Positions 48,601 to 60,743 of a DNA stretch of 64,000 nucleotides are shown here, one piece after another (position 1 is the stretch's first letter; each line of letters opens with the position of its first letter). The position numbers and the translations under genes are program-made. The notes under the pieces were generated by a model. That model saw only the letters and a program-made list of their open reading frames with translations, was not told the origin of the DNA and ran no database searches. The stretch covers positions 567,734,001-567,798,000 of the forward strand of contig NC_067400.1 of assembly GCF_016432865.1 (NCBI RefSeq), written 5' to 3'. The stretch comes from Antechinus flavipes (Eukaryota).

Positions 48601-51600
48601 CTGAAGGGGGTGACACCAGGACTGATGGCCTGCAGTACCCGCTCTCTGCTCCCATTGCCACTATTTGGGCCCACCTGGACTATTGTAATGGCCTCCAGCC
48701 TCTCCCCTCCACCATCTGTCCTCTCCAAGCTGCCCAGAATGATTTTTCCAGCTGACTGTCCCGGGTAAAACTTTGAACAGTTCTCTGGTCCTCTGCCCAG
48801 CATTTAAGGCCCACCTGGTCTGACCCGAATTTCCCTTTCCAGTTTGATTTCCCAGAACACCCCTTCCCGTGCTGTTCTGGCCAAACCCGAGTGCTGGCTC
48901 TTCCCTGATAGCATCCTGATGGTTAGAGGCGGGGCCTCCTACGTGGAAACATCCCCGGTAAGGTGGGATGCTAAGCTTAGGGTCCCTCCCCCCTGGAGGG
49001 CACATTCCCCAGCCCCCGGGGCTTACCTGTCCATGCCCTGGGCTGCCAGGCAGGCGGCGGTCAGTGCTTCCTTAACATGTGTCAGCCATCGGCAGCCATC
49101 TAGCCGGCTGAGCCAACGATCCATACTCAGCGAGGGGTCTGTGCAGGCTTCTACCAGACGGACAAAACTGTCCTGCAGGGGCCGGCCCCTGGGGGAAAGG
49201 CAGGCTAGTCACCCCTACCTCCAAATCTGAGAAGCCCGCTCTTCCAAGGGAGACCCAGGGCCTCTGCCTGCCACTGCTCTGCTTGTCCAGTCTTGCCATC
49301 CTAAGTACAATCTCTTCTTGGGCCCTCATCCCTAATCTGATGACCCCTGACCCTCATTAGGTCTGCTCTAACTCGACCAGTATTCCAGTCTGTTAGCCTT
49401 TCTGTACATACACTATCCGTGGCCACCTTTTACACTGGTGATGACTCCTATTTCTCCCCAAATCTCTGGGCCAGGAGGAGAAAGAGGCAGCCTAAACTCG
49501 CTACTCCCCTCTGGGATATCCCTGGCGCAGCTGTGTGGTGTGGGGCATGGAGGGCCAGCCTTGGAGTCAGGAAGACCCGAGTTAAAGTGTGGCCTGGGGC
49601 ACCTAGGTGGTGCCCTGGATAAAACACCAGCCCAGGAGTTCAGAGGACCTAACTTCAAAATCCAGCTTCAGAACGCGGTAGCTTTGTGACCCCGGGCAAA
49701 CCACTTCAATTAACTCCAATGCTAAATAAACTATTTGAAAAAATAGGGATTGAAGGAGTCCTACAAATTCCTTTTATGACACAGACATGGTACTGATACC
49801 TAAACCAGGTAGGCTGAAAACAGAGAAAGAAAATTTTAGACCAATCTCCCTAATGAATATTGATGCTAAAATCTTAAATAAAATATTAGCAAAAAGATTA
49901 CAGAAAATCATCCCCAGGATAATACACTATGACCAAGTAGGATTTATACCAGGAATGCAGGGCTGGTTCAATATTAGGAAAACTATTAGCATAATTGACT
50001 ATATCAATAACCAAACAAACAAAAACCATATGATCATCTCAATAGATGCAGAAAAAGCATTTGATAAAATCCAACAGCCATTCCTAATAAAAACACTTGA
50101 GAGCATAGGAATAAATGGACTTTTCCTTAAAATAGTCAGGAGCATATATTTAAAACCATCAGTAAGCATCATATGCAATGGGGAAAAACTGAAACTTTTT
50201 CCAGTAAGATCTGGAGTGAAGCAAGGTTGCCCACTATCACCATTATTATTTAATATCGTATTAGAAACACTAGCCTCTGCAATAAGAGTCGAGAAAGATA
50301 TTAAAGGAATTAGAGTAGGCAATGAGGAAACCAAACTATCACTCTTTGCAGATGATATGATGGTATACCTAGAGAACCCCAGAGATTCTACTAAAAAGCT
50401 ATTAGAAATAATTCATAATTTTAGCAAAGTAGCTGGCTACAAAATAAATCCCCATAAATCCTCAGCATTTTTTTATGCCTCAATTTCTTTACCTGAAAAA
50501 TGGGGATAATAACTTCTTGTTCCCTAGGTTGTTGTGAGTATAGTGCTTAGCACAGTCCCAGCACATAATAATGTCTAAATGTTAGCTTTTGTTGATTTAT
50601 CTGACCTGAGCTGAATGCTATCACTATCCTCCAATTAGTGCTGTCCCCTCTGATTAGAATGTGAGCTTCTTGGGGACAGGGACTGACTTGATTGTCAATG
50701 TTTTTTTCATTGATTCTGACCCATCCAACCTGTCAATGAAATTTCTTTTGTGATCTGTCCATTCTCTACCAGCCTTCAAGGTGTTATTCCAATTTTCCCC
50801 AATGAGTTTTATACCTGGCTTTGGGATCATGTAGGTGGATAGAACACTGGACTTGGAATCAAAAAGACTCATCTTAAGTTCAAACCTGGCCTCAAATGTT
50901 TCCCTGGGTGACCCTGGAAAGTCACTCCATCTGCCTTAGTTTCCTCATCTGTAAAAATGAGCTGGAGAAGGAAATGACAAACCTCTCTGGTAGCTTTGCC
51001 AAGAAATCCCCAGGGGAGATCAGTCAGATCTCCACGAACCTGGCTGGTGGTCTTCCTGTCCATCCCATTCCCTGAGATCATTTTCAGGGACCTCAGCTCT
51101 AAATCTGACCACACAATTCCTCAGTCTGCTCAGCCCTCACAACGTCCTTCTCCATCTTACTCCATGATCTTCCTTTAGATTTCACTGCCTTTCCTTTCAG
51201 AAAGACTGAGTAGCCGAAAATTCCCCCAAACCACTAAAAGTGGATGAGAATCCATGCTTCCCCCCCACTAACCCTAACCCTGAAGCCTAATCAGCATCTT
51301 GAGGCCATTCCCCATTGTCCCCTCTTGTAAAGTTCAGGCTAGCTTTCTGGAGTTCCTCCGGAAGGGCCTTGGTCTCAGCAGGATAGACACCATGAGAATG
51401 GACAAGAATAGAGTCCAAAGCCTTTATTATCTCTTACACGGTCTGTGTCTGTCATTCTCCTTCAGCAGTCTGGCAGTCTGTCAGTCTCAACCACTCTCTC
51501 CCATAGTGCAGGAGGCAGGACAGCCACTTTGACCAGGAGGTCAAAGATAGAATGTCTTGCAGTCCTCTGCCCTTCTATGCCTTATTGTAATTACATCACT

Positions 51601-54127
51601 AGAGAACCATTACATCACCATACTAAGTACTAAGTATCTATAAACTAGAGAACCATTACATCACCATACTAAGTACTAAGTATCTACGAACTAGAGAACC
51701 ATTACATCACCATACTAAGTACTAAATATATGTGAAATAGAGAACCATCATTTCATCAATTCCACTGAGTTAACTCCTTATTTAAAGGATACTTCTCCAG
51801 AGTTCTGGCCTCTACACCCTCCTTCCACTCTCATTTCATTTTCTTCAATGATAATCTTGACCCAGTGATTTGCTGCTCATTTCCCTCCTGGACTTGCCCA
51901 TCAGGCGCTAGGAACCCCTTCATCCTGCTCATCATCAGTACCTTGCGCCCTTCTGATTGGAGGATGGTGAGGGCACCTAAAAGAGCCACCCCTCCTTTTC
52001 CCACCTGCTTGTACCTCTCTGCAGCCCGCCTCCATGCACCTCCCCTCTCTCCCAGCCTTTCAGCTTCCTCTTGGGTGTGGCCTCCACTTAGAGTATTAGC
52101 TGCTGAGGAAAAGGACTGTTTTTTTCATATTTATATTCTCAGCTCTTAGTACCACGTTTGGAACACAGTAGGCGCTTAATAAATGTTGACAGCTGGCGGC
52201 AGAATCACCACCTAGAATCCTTTGTCTCAGCATCACAAATGCTGTTAAAATCGCGAAGTCGCACTGGACTGGTACGACTTGGTTATTTACCTCTCCAGGG
52301 GCCGGTGCAGCCGCTTCCAGCCCGGGTAGGCCCCCTTGGCCTCCGTGCCGCCCCCGGTTATTCGGGCCTGCTTGACGGCCTGGGCGGAGCGGGTGTCCAG
52401 CACCAAACCCCGGCCGCCGCCCAGGGCCAGAACTGCCCGCAGCAGCTCCTCATCCTCCGCACAGCGGCGCCTGTTGGCCCCCTGCAGGGGCTGGCTGGAG
52501 CGCAGCATCACCTGGGAGTGGGATGCGTAAGCCGCCTTAGGGGCCAACCTCTCAGGACCCAGGGTGAGGGCTACCCCGGTGGGCTGCAAGTGAGGGGAAG
52601 GTGGGAGCAGGCAGGCTCAGGGTACTGGGGGGAATACCGGAGACTAGATCAGGTCGGGGCAAGGGTGTAGTCCATCTGGGGACCTGGGGCTAGACGTCCT
52701 GGAGAGGCGGAAAGTGTGAGGTGGAGTTTGGGGTGAGGCACGTGGATCGGGGATCAGGGGGAAGCCAGAGGGGGAGCAGAATGGGGACAAGGCTGGGGTA
52801 GTTAGGACTGGGAGATGAGCAGAGTTCCCGGGGCAGGGAGTAGAGTGGGGTCCGGGAGCCCATTCGAGACTCACTGTTCCGTTGGTCGTATGATAGTAGC
52901 AGAGCACAGGGAAGCGTCCCCCTTGGCGAAAGCGGGCGCTTCGTGCCAGGACCTCGTCCCCAATCCCAACAGGTACCACCAAGGCTGGCGGGTAGCTGGC
53001 ACACACATCGAAGTCCCTGTTCACTGCGCTCAGGCGCCAGGCGTCAGTCTACAGCGAGCGACGGCGTGGGAGAGGGAGTGGGGTGGGCTGTCGCAGGCTA
53101 ACATCATCGGAAAGTTCCCTCCCCCCACAGACGGGGCTCCAAGCCTTTTCCCCAGAGCCTCCCCAAACCCTTTTTGCAGTTGCTCTCAATGCTCTATCCC
53201 CGCAGCTACCTGGAGGGCCACCTGCTGATAGAAGTGGTCCGGGGGATGCAGGTGCGCAGCGTCTCCAAGCCTCAGGCTCTGGGGTCTGTAGAAGAATGGA
53301 TAGGAAGTGGTGACAGATTCCAGCGAGGTCAAAGCCTTGAGGAGAAAGGCAGGAAGTACGTCTGGAGACCCCGGGCTCCACAGGCAAAACCTCTCCGTGC
53401 CCTAGCTGCCGCTTTCACCCTGCCGTTCTCTGCCCTCCCTCTTCCCCCCACCCATAGTATGTGGGGACGGCTTTGCTGCCCCATTCCCCGCACGCCCCGC
53501 CCACCTCGATGGAACTGGCGATGTCCAGGGTCTCCTCCAAGCCTTCGATCTCCAGCTGCAGAACGTGCAGGTTCTTACATTTCAGGGTGATAGTGCCCGA
53601 GTTTCCTGCCACCCTGGAGGAGTCAGAGGGCTAAATGGGCATGTGGGGGTCAGGGGGAAAAGATACTGAGTTGGGTATAGGATTCAAGGGCCAGTAGAGG
53701 GTCACGAGATGAGGGTGGAGCTAGTAGGGGAACAAGAGTGAAAAGACGGAATATCGACTAGTGGATAAGTGGGGCGTAGGGGAAGAGGACACTGGTCAGT
53801 GGAGAAAGTGATCAGAGAGATCTTGGGGAAGGGGACACTGCAAGGATCATCGGTCTGTGGGTTAGCGAGGGGGAAAAACTTGGGAGCCAGTGGGGGAAAG
53901 GAGTCGTATGAGGGGGAGGAGGGAGATGATCAGTGGGATAGAGGGAGCTCAGCTCTCCTTAGCTGGAGGACTGAGACCTGGAGAGCTACGTGTGCCTTCC
54001 CAGCCAACATCCGACACGTCGGCTCTCGATCTCACACGTATTTCCCAGCTAAGCAGTTCCCGATCTTCCCGGGCACGCCTTAACGATACTAGCCAGTGCT
54101 TCCTCAGGAGGACCCTTACCCCCTACA

Positions 54128-54174
<47 letters not shown>

Positions 54175-54467
54175 CTCGCCCCACTCTCTCGGTTCTGGCA
54201 GCCCGCTTCCCTCCCCTGTGCAGGTGCCCCCTCTCTGTCCCCTTGCGCCCCACGAGGGCGCAGCCTGGGCTGGAGTTGCTCTCACCGCTTTTCCACAGCA
54301 TCCACGTTGCGCAGAAGCAGCCACAGGTCGCCAGGGCTTCCGTGCCCCGCGGAGAGCAGCAGGTGGTGACTGGTGATACACAGGGTGCCCCGCACCGGGG
54401 ACTGCCCGGGACCCGGCAGAAGGAGCGCTTCCGCACTACCAGTACGGATCAGCTCTGAGAACTCCAT
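45653..54467 (-). CDS. MTMR9L: myotubularin-related protein 9-like pseudophosphatase, intact, 10 exons, 529 aa (syntenic with human MTMR9LP)
   Basis: Exons 54467-54286, 53613-53505, 53335-53210, 53048-52875, 52511-52291, 49188-49027, 48393-48252, 48165-47945, 45989-45838, 45753-45653. Total 1590 nt, all GT-AG, no internal stop. MEFSELIRT start (A at -3, G at +4), [15 protein letters not shown], inactive P-loop [32 protein letters not shown]. The symbol is inferred from synteny. Confidence 0.93.
46445..46606 (-). pseudogene. NUMT: fragment of mitochondrial ND5
   Basis: Read in the vertebrate mitochondrial code: [37 protein letters not shown]...VGI.SFMLI.WWFG, matching the ND5 motif [25 protein letters not shown] with two small deletions. 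Confidence 0.88.
46750..46945 (-). mobile_element. MAR1-like core SINE
   Basis: The minus strand has a tRNA-like head (GGCAGCTGGGCAGCACAGTGG...GGAAGACCTGAGTTCAAAT), a MIR core and the tail ATGAGCTGGAGAAGG...CTTTGCACAGAAAACCCC. Confidence 0.75.
47080..47506 (+). mobile_element. solo LTR, same family as 3903-4604, antisense in MTMR9L intron 8
   Basis: Starts TGTTAGAATTCTTAC, TATAAAA at 47251-47257, AATAAA at 47426-47431. The 3' half is homologous to the reverse complement of 3903-4150. The 3' boundary is approximate. Confidence 0.7.
49596..49710 (+). mobile_element. MIR/core-SINE 5' half (continues at about 50471-50585)
   Basis: GGGGCACCTAGGTGG...GCTTTGTGACCCCGGGCAAACCACTT, resuming after the L1 as ATGCCTCAATTTCTTTACCTGAAAAATGGGGATAATA. 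Confidence 0.7.
49711..50470 (+). mobile_element. internal LINE-1 ORF2 reverse-transcriptase fragment (no 3' UTR, no polyA)
   Basis: ORF 49787-50509 carries RT motifs [44 protein letters not shown] and LFADDM. L1 similarity ends at HKSSAF. Confidence 0.95.
50835..51015 (+). mobile_element. MAR1-like core SINE
   Basis: GTGGATAGAACACTGGACTTGGAATC...GTGACCCTGG..AGTCAC...ATGAGCTGGAGAAGGAAATG.CAAACC...CTTTGCCAAGAAA. Confidence 0.75.
51598..51750. repeat. 46-bp minisatellite, about 3.3 copies
   Basis: ACTAGAGAACCATTACATCACCATACTAAGTACTAAGTATCTATAA starts at 51598, 51644, 51690, with a partial copy at 51736. Confidence 0.92.
54129..54172. repeat. (AC)n microsatellite, about 22 units, MTMR9L intron 1
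   Basis: Perfect AC run. Confidence 0.95.
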
Positions 54468-55833
54468 ACTGAAAATCTAGGGCGCTGCGGTTCTGGGGGT
54501 GTCGCGGGCCTTTGTGGGGCGCAAAGAAGGGCGGGGTCCCAGGGCGCCGAAGCCCCAGGCACAGAGTCCTCTGCGCCCAAAGCGAGAACCCAAGGATCCG
54601 GATGGGTCCTGGGAGGAAGGGGGGGAAACAGGAACTGCCCCCGGGGCGGGTGAAACTTGCGGGATGGGGTGGTTAAGGTGGCCCCACGAAGGGAAGGGTT
54701 CAAGATTTCCTGAGATCTAGAGGACTCGGGGTGCTCAAGTATGGCACTGCCCTCTTAGTGGGGGTCAAAACAGCCTCGGGCTTGGAGCCTAATTGGGGAC
54801 TCAGATTTCTTGGACCCAGTGCACCCATTCCACCCCCACTCTCAAACAGAACTCTCCTCCCCTTGGCCTTGCTCGGGAAATAATCTACCAGAAAACCCGT
54901 TATTCATTTTCCTCCTTCATTCCCTGGCTCATCTCGTCCTCTGTCTTGTAATGAGAAGCCCTGGGTCAGAAGTCCTGCCTAATTTTTAAATTAATTCATT
55001 TTTGATATTTCTTGTTTATACATCACAGTAATTTTCAGATACATCCTTCTCCCTGCCTCTCCCACCCCCCTATGACCCTTCTCTTATAACAAAGAAACAC
55101 GGTTAAGCCAAAACAACCTTCTTTGACCCCTGACAGGCAATGTTTAAGCTATTTTGCCTACCTCTCCAAGGAAATGGGGGAGAGGAAAGGGGGAGAAATG
55201 CATTCCCCCTTGCCTTCATTTAACTGTTGTAAGAGATCTCTTTCCTTACACTCTTAGAGTCGATGTGCATAATGATCTTTTCTTGGCTTTCCTTGCTTCC
55301 CTTTTTCTCACTCTGTACACACCTTCCTACGTTTCTTTGGATACCTCATATTCCTTGTTTCTTACAGGGAGATGATGTTCTGTTCATTCACAGACCACAA
55401 TTAGTTCATCCATACCCCAATCAAGGGTACATGATTTATTCCCAGTTGATTGTTTTGCCACTGACTGATTCTAGGTTCTCCCCTCTCCTCCTCAATTTCT
55501 TCTCTAACATGGAACAGATGGAGTAGCTTAGTCCTTCCTAGTTCTTAAATTGAGCCCTCTGTTGGGTCTCCTCAGGGCCACCTTAAATGCTGACTGTATC
55601 TGTCAGCTCATCTGGTGGCCACTGGTTAAGGAGCGCCCCCTAGGGGCAGTTGCCTCTTCACTTGAGTGAAGTCCTGGTCCTTTGGTGTCCAGAATGCCAC
55701 AGGGGAATCCACCTTACAGCCTCTCCTGGAGCTTCCCAAGATTCAGCACTTATTTCCTCTCACCTCCAGCAATTCATCTCAGACGCCTCCTCTGAGTATC
55801 CCAACCGAACCGGCACCTCCCATCGCCCCCCCT

Positions 55834-55985
55834 CCAGGCTGGGACCCCCATACATGTATTTCCTCCTTCCAGGCTGGGACCCCCATACATGTATTTCCTT
55901 CTGGGATGGGACCCCCATACATGTATTTCTTCCTTCCAGGCTAGGTCCCCTCCCATTTATTTCCTCCTTCCAAGACCGGACCCAA
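55834..55985. repeat. ~35-bp minisatellite, about 4 copies
   Basis: CCAGGCTGGGACCCCCATACATGTATTTCCTCCTT at 55834 and 55869, with diverging copies at about 55903, 55936 and a partial copy at about 55970. Confidence 0.9.
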
Positions 55986-56443
55986 AGCCTTCACAGTCTG
56001 TCCTTTTCTAGCCAAAGACCCCACATTCTACCTCCATCGAGTCTGACACTATCTCTGTGACCCCGGGTCACATACCACATACCCACTCCTCCATTAGGAT
56101 CCAACACCCTGCCACCCTCCAGGCTGGTACTCCTCATTCTGCTCCCTCAATCTAGTTAGAATTAGAATCCCTGCCCCAAGCTGAGTTTTGAAGATGAATC
56201 CCCCAGTGGCAATATGATTGGGACAGATGGGAAGGAAAGTAGATAGAGGCCAAGGGAAAAAGCCAATATCCTCAGCAGCAACCTGGTCTTGTAGAAGTTT
56301 CCTTTCAGAGAATAGGATGTCTCCTTTTGGGCAGGGACAATTAAATTTGACCCTGAGGCCAGAGAAACTGAGATCCTGCTCCCCCCTCTCTTTCCTCTGG
56401 GAGTCACGTGAGTTCCCATTACTATAGAATTCCAGGGAAATAA

Positions 56444-58131
<1,688 letters not shown>

Positions 58132-58391
58132 ACAGACTGGCCCTGCTGCCTGACCCAGACCTCGGGGTCCTGTTTTGGTGCGAGGGACCTCCTGCCTAGA
58201 GGCTGGGAGCTCTCCAGTCCTTCCAGCATCATTCACTATTCCCTTATCTCTTTGGGAGAGATAGACACCAGGTGTCAAAACCAGATTTTCTCTTTCATTC
58301 AGCTTTGTCTCTGTTATCTGGTTTTTGGGTTTGGGTTCTCTGTGAGGCTGTTTCTCTGGTTTTTTTTCCTTTTTAAACCCCACCCCCTCCC

Positions 58392-58526
58392 CCAAGCAAC
58401 TGGGTGTTAAGTGACCTGCCCAGGGTCACACAGCTAGGAAGTGTTAAGTATCTGAGACCAAATTTAAACTCAGGTCCTCCTGACATCAGGGCTGGTGCTC
58501 TATACACTGTACCACCTAGCTGCCCC
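58392..58526 (-). mobile_element. tRNA-derived SINE (WSINE1-like)
   Basis: Minus strand GGGGCAGCTAGGTGGTACAGTGTATAGAGCACCAGCCCTGATGTCAGGAGGACCTGAGTTTAAAT...GTGTGACCCTGGGCAGGTCACTTAAC; A-rich tail toward 58330. Confidence 0.85.
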
Positions 58527-58960
58527 TCTATCTGACTCCTCTCCTTCTTCCCCTCCTCTCTTCCTCTCTTCTCTATGTCTCTCTTTCTCTTTCTTCTCTG
58601 TCTCTTTCTCCCTCTCTCCCTCTCTCTGTGTCTCTTTCTCTTCTCTTTGTCTCTCTCCCCGTCTCTGTCTCTCCCTCTCCCCTCCCCCATCTCTGTCTCT
58701 ATCTCTGTCCCTCTCTCTCTCTCCCCCCCATCTCTGTCTCTCTCTCCCTCTCCCCCCCATCTCTGTCTCTCTCTCTCCCTCTCCCCCCCTCTGCCTGTCT
58801 CTCCCTCTCTCCTCTCCCCCCCTCTGTCTCTGTCTCTCCGTCTCTTCTTCTGTGTCTCTCCCTCTCTCCTCTCCCCTCTTTCTCCCCTTTTCCCTTTTCC
58901 CTCTCCTGTATTCCTCTCTCCCTCCTCCCTCCCCTTTTCTCTCTTTCCTTTTGAACATAT
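58527..58960. repeat. CT/GA-rich low-complexity tract
   Basis: About 430 bp of (CT)n, CTCTGT and CCCCCCATCT units. Confidence 0.95.
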
Positions 58961-59807
58961 ATCTCAGTTTCCATTTTGTCTCTGTCTCTCCCTCTGTAAC
59001 TTTTGTTTCTGCTGTTCACCTCTCTTTGTCTGACTTTCCACCTTTGGCTTCCTCTCCCTCCCCCATTTCCTGCCCCCCTCACCCGCCTCAGTTGAGGTGA
59101 GCAGAACCAGCATTAGTTTCCACCTCTCAAACCCCAACAATGTGTCTGTGGCATCCTCTTCTCCGCTCTCCACACCCTCCCCTTTCCTCAACAGTTTGGC
59201 TCAAGGTGAAGGGGCAGGAGCTATTTGTAGCACAGGAATGGGTGACTCCCGCTTGGCTTAGCTCTGGCGGATGTGCTAGGCCCAGCTGGAGCTCAGCCAT
59301 CGGAGGGTTCACCTCTGCCCCTTACCAAATACCCGTCTTCTCTCTCCAGTGAGTCTAGATGGGACAAATCTTCCCACAACATGGCCAGTGTCCATTTGGT
59401 GTTAATGCTGAAAGGACCCTTTGAGATCATCCAGCCTGAAGCGGGTAGAGGGATAGAGTGGAGTGTGTGTGGAATTTGGAATCACAGGACCTGGTTTCAA
59501 AACCTCGCTCCGCCCCTGACTCCTTGTATGATCTGGGACAAATCATTTAATTCCTAGCATCTGTAAGATGGCAAGCTCCTTGAGGGTAAAGGCTGGTTTT
59601 TGCATCTTTTTGTTTTTCCAGTGCTTAACAGTGTCTGGCATATAGTAGGTGCCTAATAAATGTTTATTGACTGCCTGTTTTCTCCTCTGTAAGGTGATTA
59701 TGTTGTGCTCCATGGTTCATGTGGTCTTTCACCTCTATAAATGTGTGATTTTCTACGAGCTTAGTCCTTTATCACAAAATCAGACTCTAAGACAAGGTAA
59801 ATTAGTC

Positions 59808-59923
59808 TATGTGGGGCTGGAGGTGGAGGGGGAGCCTTTCCTTCCCCCCTACCTCCTTCAGCTCATATGTGGGGCTGGAGGTGGAGGGGGAGCCTTTCCT
59901 TGCCCCCTACCTCCTTCAGCTCA
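59808..59923. repeat. 58-bp tandem duplication
   Basis: TATGTGGGGCTGGAGGTGGAGGGGGAGCCTTTCCTT[C/G]CCCCCTACCTCCTTCAGCTCA occurs twice with one mismatch. Confidence 0.93.
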
Positions 59924-60379
59924 ATTGCCTCTTCTTCCCAGAATCTTCCAGTCTTCATTCTGAAAAGGTCTTTAAGGGTGTGACTCCCAGACTACCAAGG
60001 GAGACATGAGTACATTTTCTGGGGGAGGGGATACAGGGAAAGGGAAGGGGTCTATGAACTTGGATGGGAAACAACCATCTTTATTTGTACCATCCTCTAA
60101 ATGAAATTTGTCATTTCCTTCAATGATGACTGAAAAAAAAATTCTGAGAAGAGGTTCCTAGGTTTTACCAGTTTTTCAAAGGAGCCCATGACTCACATAC
60201 AGACTAAGAACCATTAATTTAATCCAATCAGCTGACTTTACACAAGAGGAAAATGACTTACCCACAATCACACAGCTGGAAAATAGAGACAGGACTTCAG
60301 TCAAGGGCTTCTGCTCCAAATCCAGGGCAATTTCCACTTACCATCAGACACTCTCTACAGTACATGGCCCTCTTCCCCC

Positions 60380-60580
60380 CGACCACGTGTTGGGAATTCC
60401 CTGCGGGGGCGGGGGGAAGCCTGGGACCCTGGGACCACAGCTCCCTACTATCAGGCCCTGGATGTTGGGAGGGGCGTGGCTGGCACTGTTGTTCTTGGCT
60501 TGTGGTTGAGGGAGGGCCTGACTGGGTTCTGGGGTTGGCTGCCGCCTCTTTTCTCACTCACACTCTCTCAGGAGGCAGGA
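60380..60580 (+). promoter_or_regulatory. probable LCK distal promoter
   Basis: CACGTG near 60385, palindromic kB site GGGAATTCCC at 60392-60401, GC box, RUNX sites ACCACA (60434) and TGTGGTT (60501), and ETS CAGGAAG at 60576. Syntenic position is right after FAM167B. Confidence 0.6.
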
Positions 60581-60743
60581 AGTTGGGGTTGGACGTGGGT
60601 TGGGTGCTGAGAAGGCAAATTGAGGCAGCGATAAGGAACTGGGCGCCTCATCCATCCTCTGGGTGGTGATGGAGCCTCTGGACCAGAAGAACCATGTGAG
60701 CCAGGCCCAGTAAACACACCAGGCAGGAGCCCACCAGAGGCAG
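60581..60743 (+). other. LCK: probable non-coding first exon of the LCK distal transcript
   Basis: Strong donor GCAG|GTAAGG at 60743/4. GGACGTGGG, CCAG.AG.ACCATGTGA and GGCAG| resemble the human LCK distal 5' UTR exon as I recall it. No LCK coding exon lies in the window. Confidence 0.6.

Noticed and set aside
51598-51750. CRISPR-like periodicity
   Set aside because: Head-to-tail identical units with no unique spacers in a mammalian intron; this is a minisatellite.
55834-55935. Possible p53 response elements in the VNTR (CATG cores)
   Set aside because: ATACATGTAT has two mismatches to RRRCWWGYYY, and the half-sites are about 25 bp apart rather than adjacent.
58495-59100. Several 100-200-aa ORFs (SL-rich or ER-rich)
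   Set aside because: Translations of the CT/GA low-complexity tract.
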